This document shows, one piece after another, positions 57,959 through 64,000 of a stretch of DNA of 64,000 bases. The stretch covers positions 20,119 through 84,118 of the forward strand of contig CAYMAE010000001.1 in NCBI GenBank assembly GCA_964388375.1, in the 5' to 3' direction. The notes under the pieces are model-generated. The model had not been told where the DNA came from. It was given only the letters and a program-made list of their open reading frames with translations, and did no database searches. A program made the position numbers and the translations under genes. The number at the start of each line of letters is the position of its first letter. The first letter of the stretch is position 1. The DNA comes from an uncultured Ruminiclostridium sp. Its GTDB lineage: Bacteria; Bacillota; Clostridia; DSM-8532.

Positions 57959-59038
57959 CTATTTATCTTCCTTTTTCTCGTTTGCCTCTTTGGAGGTCTC
58001 TTCACTTTCCTTAGCTTTGAACGACTCAGCGTTCGCCTGATACTTTGGGACCGCTACGCCTGCCTGTAACTTTTTCTTTGTACGACGGCGTTTAATAATC
58101 CTATAACAAATAACTGCGATAGAAATTATTATTATATACCATATAATTGTGATCCATGAGCCAGCAAGCCATACTATAAAGTCTTCGAAACCTCTTTTAA
58201 AGTCCTCAATAGCTCCATTAAACGAAGTTGATATTCTATCTCCTAATGTTTCTGGTGTTGGCTTGGTTTCAGATCTGTCATCTACTTCACGAATATATAC
58301 GGTTATCCTGCTAAAGGACAATAACCTATCATAATTCCTTACAGTATTTTCTAAACTTTCAATCTCATAGCGAACCTGTGAAATACGGCTCTCTAAGGTA
58401 ATAACATCATCAAGATTTGTCGATTTCGTTAAAATCCCTAAAAGTGTTTCTTCTTGAACCTTTAAAGTTTTAATTCTCGCTCCGGTATCATAATATTGGT
58501 CTGTAATATCTGTACCTTTTGAGTTAGATTCTAATACTGTCCCTATATTCCCCATGTTTTTAAGCACAAGCTCAAATCTATCTGCGGGAACACGAAGAAC
58601 ATATGTAGCATTCCTTCTATTCTGTGAATATTGGCTCTTACCTACTACATTCCTAACCTCAGCAAAGCCTCCAAAATCATTAATAAGCTGATCCATCGCT
58701 GCGATTGAATCATCAAAATGCATCGTTTCTAAGGAAACATCCCCATCCATAATGATTTTTCGCTGACTCATAATATCTTCAATATTACTTTGGTTTTTGG
58801 CATCCTCTGCATAGTTTCCGTCCCCCATGCCTGAACCCGACTCTTGAGGTGATGCCTGTGCATCCCAGTTTTCATTAGTGAACACTGAAGGCTCTGTACC
58901 GTAACCGCCTTTGTCCATTGGGGACATATTATCTGAAGAGCTACATGATGCAAATAAAATAGAGAGAACCAGTAAGAAGATGGTAGCTAAAATAATTCTA
59001 CTAATGGAACCCCGTCTTTTACAATTTCTCACAATCAT
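57959..59038 (-). CDS. putative lipoprotein with a coiled-coil region and C-terminal TM anchor (DUF4349-like architecture)
   Basis: Start placed at MIVRNCKRRG (SD GTGAGGT 8 nt upstream). Signal peptide with a lipobox-like LFASC, a heptad-rich middle, and a C-terminal TM WITIIWYIIIISIAVICY followed by a basic tail. Confidence 0.6.
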   Translation of the reverse strand: MIVRNCKRRGSISRIILATIFLLVLSILFASCSSSDNMSPMDKGGYGTEPSVFTNENWDAQASPQESGSGMGDGNYAEDAKNQSNIEDIMSQRKIIMDGDVSLETMHFDDSIAAMDQLINDFGGFAEVRNVVGKSQYSQNRRNATYVLRVPADRFELVLKNMGNIGTVLESNSKGTDITDQYYDTGARIKTLKVQEETLLGILTKSTNLDDVITLESRISQVRYEIESLENTVRNYDRLLSFSRITVYIREVDDRSETKPTPETLGDRISTSFNGAIEDFKRGFEDFIVWLAGSWITIIWYIIIISIAVICYRIIKRRRTKKKLQAGVAVPKYQANAESFKAKESEETSKEANEKKEDK

Positions 59039-59228
59039 AGATTTATACCTCACTTTTATATCTTTTACTATATTTGACTGCCTGAAAGAAGAATGGTTCA
59101 TTTTTTTATATTTGTAGCCTTTGTTGAAAGTATTATAATGACTTATAAATAAAGAAAAAACTCTGTAATAATTAGTATACCTTAGTTAGAAGATAAGAAA
59201 ATGTGTGCAACTGAGTACAATAGGGTAG

Positions 59229-59250
59229 AAAAAAGGGTCTCAAGAACCCT
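59229..59250 (-). terminator. terminator after tRNA-Arg
   Basis: On the minus strand, AGGGTT-cttga-GACCCT followed by TTTTT, 10 nt after the tRNA 3-prime end. Confidence 0.6.
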
Positions 59251-59259
59251 TGAAACCCT

Positions 59260-59336
59260 TGGCGCGCCCAGCAGAACTTGAATCCACAACCTTCTGGTCC
59301 GTAGCCAGACGCTCTATCCAGTTGAGCTATGGGCGC
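59260..59336 (-). tRNA. tRNA-Arg (anticodon ACG), CCA encoded
   Basis: The minus strand reads GCGCCCATAGCTCAACTGGATAGAGCGTCTGGCTACGGACCAGAAGGTTGTGGATTCAAGTTCTGCTGGGCGCGCCA. Acceptor GCGCCCA/TGGGCGC and anticodon loop CTACGGA. Confidence 0.95.
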
Positions 59337-59442
59337 ATATTTACACACTTTTAAAGGTGCATTTAATATAATAATACAAACATCGGGAAAAATCAATAGT
59401 TCATTTCAATGGGATAAAAATACCGTTTTTAATCTTCCTAGC

Positions 59443-60399
59443 CTAAAACATGTCCCGCCTCCATAGCACAAAGCTTATAATTAAGCATATTACAACAGAG
59501 CCTGCAAGAACATAAATCCACATTAAAGGATTCTGCTGTAGTGGAAGTGCAAGGTTCTGGCCAAAGAAGCTGTAAATCATATTGGGTATAGACAAGACAA
59601 TAGTCATTGCAGCTAAAAACTTCATAACTTCATTCTGGTTATTAGATATAATAGAGGCAAAGGCATCCATTGTGCCACTTAAGATTGAGCTGTATATGGT
59701 TGCCATTTCAATTGCCTGCTTATTCTCAATGATTGTATCCTCCAAAAGATCGGCGTCTTCCTCGTATAGTTTAATAAACTTCCCTGTTAAAAGTCTTTCT
59801 AAAACCGTTTCATTTGATTTTAAAGATGTATTAAAATAAACTAAGCTCTTACTTAAGTCCAATAGCTTATAAAGCTCCTTGTTTCTCATAGACTTATGTA
59901 GGGCCTTTTCAATAAACTCACTCTTTTTATCTATATGTTTCAAATATTTTAAGTACTCTGTTGATACATGATACAAAATTTGTAGGATGAATCTTGTTTT
60001 CTTGTAAGTGTAGAACTCTTTAATTTTTCCGTTTCTAAATCTCTCAAGGACGGTTGTTTGTTTGCTGCAGATGGTAATTATATAGTCATCTCTTACACTA
60101 AGAAATCCCATAGGCACGGTCTCAAACTTAATAGTTTTATTATCTTCATAAACATATGGAATATCAGTAATAATGAGAGTCTGTTCGTCTTCCAAGTCAA
60201 TACGAGGCTTCTCTTCATCATCAAGAGCATCCCTAATAAAATCCTGGTTAATATCAATACTACGCACTACTAATTCGATTTCCTCGTCAGTAGGAGACAT
60301 AAGATTAATCCAACAGCCCTTTTCTATGGAATCCAGGCTTATTAATTCATTACGCAGCAATTCATCGCTTCCTGTTTGTGTTTTGAAAATTTCTATCAT
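59443..60399 (-). CDS. corA: CorA-family divalent cation channel with GQN in place of the GMN motif
   Basis: 318 aa from MIEIFKT (GGTGAGG 3 nt upstream; the ORF-track start at 60450 has no SD). A cytoplasmic alpha/beta/alpha domain and two C-terminal TM helices with ..MIYSFFGQNLALPL.. at the pore loop. It lies downstream of an M-box. Confidence 0.8.
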   Translation of the reverse strand: MIEIFKTQTGSDELLRNELISLDSIEKGCWINLMSPTDEEIELVVRSIDINQDFIRDALDDEEKPRIDLEDEQTLIITDIPYVYEDNKTIKFETVPMGFLSVRDDYIITICSKQTTVLERFRNGKIKEFYTYKKTRFILQILYHVSTEYLKYLKHIDKKSEFIEKALHKSMRNKELYKLLDLSKSLVYFNTSLKSNETVLERLLTGKFIKLYEEDADLLEDTIIENKQAIEMATIYSSILSGTMDAFASIISNNQNEVMKFLAAMTIVLSIPNMIYSFFGQNLALPLQQNPLMWIYVLAGSVVICLIISFVLWRRDMF

Positions 60400-60556
60400 A
60401 GACCTCACCAGCTTTCTATATAAATATCTAGCAAATAATCTGGAAAACATCCAGACTAGCAGTCATAAAATTGACTGAAATGTCATCCTCTATTGAGGTT
60501 CTATGATTTTGAAGTGTGGTTTGCTAATTATACCCGGCAGCTTTATCTATAATAAT

Positions 60557-60758
60557 AAAAAAAGTCCGCCGGAGCGAACTACATCATTGATTTCAATAAT
60601 GATAAACACTCCCGTCATTGAGTTTTGGCACTATGCGGCTTAGGTCTTCACCAGCTACATTAAACAAAACCTTAATTCGGTAATGTCTGTTTACCCATTG
60701 GCGTCTCTCGACGTTTCCGGGCAGCAGCGTTTTTCCGCATAGGAGCCTCACCTAATAG
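60557..60758 (-). promoter_or_regulatory. M-box (ykoK-type) Mg2+ riboswitch with terminator
   Basis: The minus strand reads TTAGGTGAGGCTCCTATGCGGAAAAACGCTGCTGCCCGGAAACGTCGAGAGACGCCAATGGGTAAACAG...AATGTAGCTGGTGAAGACCTAAGCCGCATAGTGCCAAAACTCAATGACGGGAG. These are the conserved M-box blocks. It ends in a GC-rich segment plus T7 (60563-60557). Confidence 0.9.
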
Positions 60759-60787
60759 AGAATATTAATTTCTTTAACTACTTCTTA

Positions 60788-60816
60788 ATTATAGTCATTA
60801 TTAACGATATCGTCAA
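60788..60816 (-). promoter_or_regulatory. promoter driving the M-box-corA unit (TTGACG-N17-TATAAT)
   Basis: On the minus strand, TTGACG 60816-60811, 17 nt, TATAAT 60793-60788, about 30 nt upstream of the aptamer. Confidence 0.6.
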
Positions 60817-60855
60817 CACTAACGGAAACTCTGATGTTTCCATTCTCTTCTTATC

Positions 60856-62244
60856 TTAATCCTGTCTTAATGCTTCCATAACATTTAGTTTCATTGCTCT
60901 TCTTGATGGGAGAATCCCTGCTAATAGGCTTGCTACAGGAGCAAAAGCTAGTGCCGCCCCTGACAGCCAAATGGGTATGTATGAAGACCCTAACACTACT
61001 TCTCCCTCAGGTGTCCAAATTGTAGAAGAGCCTAAGCTTACATTGAATTTGTTTAGTAGTAAAGACAGAATATAACTCAATCCTACCCCTAGCAATCCAC
61101 CAAATAGCCCTATCCACCATGCTTCCATCAAGAAAATACGTCTTATATCCATTAATTTCGCACCGATAACCTTTATGATACCAATCTCGCGTGTACGTTC
61201 ATATATTGACATAAACATAGTATTGGCAATACCAATGGCAGCAATGATAAACGACATTATACCTATGCCCAAAAGAATCTGGCGAAGTCCTGCAGATTGC
61301 TGCTGCATATCTTCGAGCATTTGTATGGGACTGTAACATCCATAACCTAGTTCAATTATCTCATCCATTATGTTCACTACTTCATCAATGTCATCTGATT
61401 TGACTATAACCTGTTCATATCCTTGATCGGCACCATTAGTAGTTGAGCTCATGTTCATGCGGCCGCCATACATAACTGAACCACCACCGGAACCGCTGTT
61501 TTTCTTATTCCATTTATCAATCTCCTTTTGATACTGTTTTACTGTATCAAAAGGCATGATTATAGACCAATCATAGTCTGAACCGCTTTGCCCAACCACA
61601 CCCACTGCTTCCACCTTAACAGGTTTTGCTTTTACCTTAGGTTCGGTCATTCCTGACTGATGTGATTCACCATAATTCATATCCCAACTAATTGTAAGCT
61701 TTTCGTCCATAAGATTGAAACCCTCAGGAGCTGGTTCCCAGCTATATCTGGAGGCTTTCGGGTTATAAAAATTCTGTGGGACATATTGCCCAACAACCAT
61801 TTGATTTGTGTCACCCTCCTGTAAAGGGCGACCCTCATTTATTGGTATATCTAAGAGGGTGAACATATCGGCTCTGATGCCCATAATACTAACATAGCTT
61901 ACATACTTACCTGCCATCATTTTTACATATATACTCATAACAGGAGTTGCACCCTGAACACCTTTGATCTTTTCAAATTTGGCTATCATATTGTCGTCCA
62001 AGGGTGGAATCTCTTTACCATCAGGTGTAAGGCTACCTTGGTTATAGTTGTAAACCTGTATTTGCATGATGTTTCCCATCTGGTTTACCTGTGCCATAAA
62101 ATTACGCTCCATGGCTATTCCCAAAGAAAGCATGATGACGATGGCACAACATCCAATAGCAACCCCCAAGACCGTTAGAGCAGTACGTAGTTTGCGGCGC
62201 CACAGGTTTTTAATGCTTAATGAAAGTGAATCTATTAGCTTCAT
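60856..62244 (-). CDS. ABC transporter permease, FtsX/MacB type (large extracytoplasmic domain between TM1 and TM2)
   Basis: 462 aa. N-terminal LRRKLRTALTVLGVAIG, a loop of about 280 aa, and a C-terminal FtsX module (ERTREIGIIKVIGA...). The start overlaps the upstream stop (TAATG). Confidence 0.85.
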   Translation of the reverse strand: MKLIDSLSLSIKNLWRRKLRTALTVLGVAIGCCAIVIMLSLGIAMERNFMAQVNQMGNIMQIQVYNYNQGSLTPDGKEIPPLDDNMIAKFEKIKGVQGATPVMSIYVKMMAGKYVSYVSIMGIRADMFTLLDIPINEGRPLQEGDTNQMVVGQYVPQNFYNPKASRYSWEPAPEGFNLMDEKLTISWDMNYGESHQSGMTEPKVKAKPVKVEAVGVVGQSGSDYDWSIIMPFDTVKQYQKEIDKWNKKNSGSGGGSVMYGGRMNMSSTTNGADQGYEQVIVKSDDIDEVVNIMDEIIELGYGCYSPIQMLEDMQQQSAGLRQILLGIGIMSFIIAAIGIANTMFMSIYERTREIGIIKVIGAKLMDIRRIFLMEAWWIGLFGGLLGVGLSYILSLLLNKFNVSLGSSTIWTPEGEVVLGSSYIPIWLSGAALAFAPVASLLAGILPSRRAMKLNVMEALRQD

Positions 62245-64000
62245 TAAAACTCAAACTCCTCATTTTTTTTCTTCTTACGCTTTATAAGAATAATAGTGAT
62301 TACTACTCCTGCAACTACTACACCAACAATAATATAAAACCATACGCTCTTAAAAAAGCTTTGATTTGGCTCTTCCATGCCAGACTCGTTAGGGAATCCA
62401 TCGACAGGATAGTCACCTTCAGGTGGCATAGACATCTCCATTACATTCATGGAGATTTCCTTAACAGTCTGCTGAACCTCTCCGCTGGCATTCTCATATT
62501 GGAAAATAATCCTGCCGTTTGCTTGACCTACCATCATCGGAGTAAGATTGAGCTCAAAGTATTCGACCCTACCTGATTCGAAGTTACCAAAATAATTGCT
62601 ATTAGGTTGTGCTTCAAAATCACCTTCAACATTGAGTTTTACATTGTATATATCGGTCTTTCCTAGGTTATACATCTCAAAACCAAGATAAACCGGTTGA
62701 CCCATATAAGTCTCAGGGGGCACCATAATTTCTGAAACTTCGAACCTTGATGGCTGATACACTGGTATACCAATAATCTCAGTGGCAGAATGCTGTGTTC
62801 CTAAATCGTCTTCATACTCGAAGGATATACTCATTGTATAGGTCTTGGATTTAGCGTCAGGAATAGTATACAATGTCACATTCCAGTCAGCAGTATTTCT
62901 AGGATTAATTTTATCTATGTAAAAGGTGTTACTGCTTCCTACCGGAGTAAAAACATTTCCAGTTTCACTAGAGGTCTCGGTCACCGAGAAGCTTCCTTTT
63001 ATGTTTCTAACCTCCCTTGAGGAATGAGTGTTTAAAAACTGCATTGTAAGATTAAAATTCTCTCCTGCATTTACAAGTGTAGGGTCGGAGGAATAGCTAT
63101 TAATAATTATTTTTGGAACGTTCTTGCCAGGCTCGGATGCACCTGAAGAATCAGAGTCTACAAATACCGAAATTGCCTGGGAAATAGAAACACCGTCCTG
63201 GTCTTCTACTGGCTCCACCTTAATTGTGATGGGCACACTGCCTCTAGCCGCCTGTGGCTGGGGTTGAAAGCTAAAGCTAATGCTCTTACTTTCACCCTTC
63301 TTAAGGCTTTGGATAATTTGTAAATTTTGTGATACGGGTAAAAGCGCGGTTGTGCCATCTGCGGAGATTTTTATTTGTCCCGAATCAAATGCTCCGCTGT
63401 TTTTAACATTCATAACTACATTAAATGTTTCTCCCGGCTTTATTGTGGTTTGACTGGTTTTTATATCTGTAACCTCTATTATTGACGCTGTGCTACCGCT
63501 CCCGGCAACGGGAATCCAGATCTCCTGAGGTTCGGATTTTACAGCCTCGCCTTTTTCATCTTTATATTCTAGAGTAAACGTAATTGGGTAGCTTCCGCTT
63601 TTTAAGGAGGATGAAGCCCTCAGAGAATATGTAATGTCTTGGGACCTACCCCCTAATATTTGATCATAATCATATCTTCCTGTTCCGGAAATTAAGGTAA
63701 AACTATCCTGGGATAACTCTGTTATGTTGATTCTTACATCTTTTGCAGCAAAGTCTCCAATATTTTCTACTGTCAAAGGAAGTTCGAAGGTTCCTCCTGC
63801 TGTAGCGCTAACGCCTTCTGGTGCTTCAAGAGTAAGCTTACAGTTATTTTTGAGATTTAATACTTTAACATAAACTGTATGAGTTGTTGTTTCCAGTGTT
63901 TCAACAATATTTACTATCCCATTTGAATAATTAGCAGTAACGTCGGTATGCACAAGCGCAAAGGTTAAAGCATGGGTACCAGTATTAGCAAAAACATCAA
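62244..64000 (-). CDS. cell-surface repeat protein with at least 5 Ig-like (CARDB/DUF11-type) modules and a C-terminal TM anchor; N-terminus lies beyond the window end
   Basis: The frame stays open past the ORF-track GVG-to-edge region: it continues beyond the track's GTG at 63953 to base 64000 (..DVFANTGTHALTFALVHTDV..). Modules of about 100 aa recur with the pattern PGETFNV.M.VKN.G...A..V.I. The C-terminus is VWFYIIVGVVVAGVVITIILI followed by KRKKKK. Confidence 0.8.
   Translation of the reverse strand, partial: DVFANTGTHALTFALVHTDVTANYSNGIVNIVETLETTTHTVYVKVLNLKNNCKLTLEAPEGVSATAGGTFELPLTVENIGDFAAKDVRINITELSQDSFTLISGTGRYDYDQILGGRSQDITYSLRASSSLKSGSYPITFTLEYKDEKGEAVKSEPQEIWIPVAGSGSTASIIEVTDIKTSQTTIKPGETFNVVMNVKNSGAFDSGQIKISADGTTALLPVSQNLQIIQSLKKGESKSISFSFQPQPQAARGSVPITIKVEPVEDQDGVSISQAISVFVDSDSSGASEPGKNVPKIIINSYSSDPTLVNAGENFNLTMQFLNTHSSREVRNIKGSFSVTETSSETGNVFTPVGSSNTFYIDKINPRNTADWNVTLYTIPDAKSKTYTMSISFEYEDDLGTQHSATEIIGIPVYQPSRFEVSEIMVPPETYMGQPVYLGFEMYNLGKTDIYNVKLNVEGDFEAQPNSNYFGNFESGRVEYFELNLTPMMVGQANGRIIFQYENASGEVQQTVKEISMNVMEMSMPPEGDYPVDGFPNESGMEEPNQSFFKSVWFYIIVGVVVAGVVITIILIKRKKKKNEEFEF

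Noticed and set aside
59172-59396. 74-aa minus-strand ORF
   Set aside because: It overlaps the tRNA-Arg(ACG) gene and its terminator.
24307-60450. N-terminal extensions in the ORF track for several genes (ends at 24378, 25300, 27135, 30939, 36990, 38614, 43112, 50244, 53451, 54103, 57862, 59101, 60450)
   Set aside because: In each case an internal start codon with a proper Shine-Dalgarno sequence gives a family-typical N-terminus. The upstream start either lacks an SD or overlaps a promoter or the neighbouring gene, so I trimmed the coordinates.

Overview
AT-rich core-chromosome segment from a low-GC Firmicute (gene content and order look Clostridia-like). It is densely packed with housekeeping genes. 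Every protein gene except hup and an HD hydrolase is on the minus strand; tRNA-Ser is also on the plus strand. In descending coordinates (the direction of transcription) the window holds: a surface repeat protein plus FtsX-type permease; an M-box riboswitch upstream of a CorA-family channel; tRNA-Arg(ACG); a lipoprotein; a Cache/PAS/GGDEF/EAL protein; rpsR; rplI-dnaB-tilS-hpt-ftsH; a split methionine synthase operon; tRNA-Ser(GGA); an HU paralog; a sensor-less histidine kinase; an EF-G paralog; ctsR-mcsA-mcsB-clpC with a CtsR box; rplM-rpsI; a three-gene SPFH / membrane / Zn-ribbon-TM2 module; uvrA behind a LexA-box promoter; a flavodiiron protein; hup; birA and coaX; groES-groEL with a perfect CIRCE; hisZ-G-D-C-B-purC-hisA-F; rex; ispF; metG-tatD-yabE-like-rsmA; deoC; and a truncated O-acetylhomoserine sulfhydrylase. 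I found no rRNA, CRISPR array, intact mobile element, integrase or recognisable defence system. The items most worth a second look are: (1) the SPFH / polytopic membrane / Zn-ribbon-TM2 operon; (2) the M-box controlling a CorA homolog whose pore motif reads GQN rather than GMN; (3) the his operon with purC in the hisH slot and no hisH or hisIE; (4) a 545-bp non-coding gap downstream of rpsI with a GC-rich island, a long-range inverted repeat and a 3x11-bp tandem repeat; (5) an orphan terminator downstream of hup; (6) an Asn/Arg-rich low-complexity protein between birA and coaX; (7) a minimal histidine kinase with no sensor domain and no partner. All product calls rest on my own recognition of motifs in the supplied translations. 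No database search was run.
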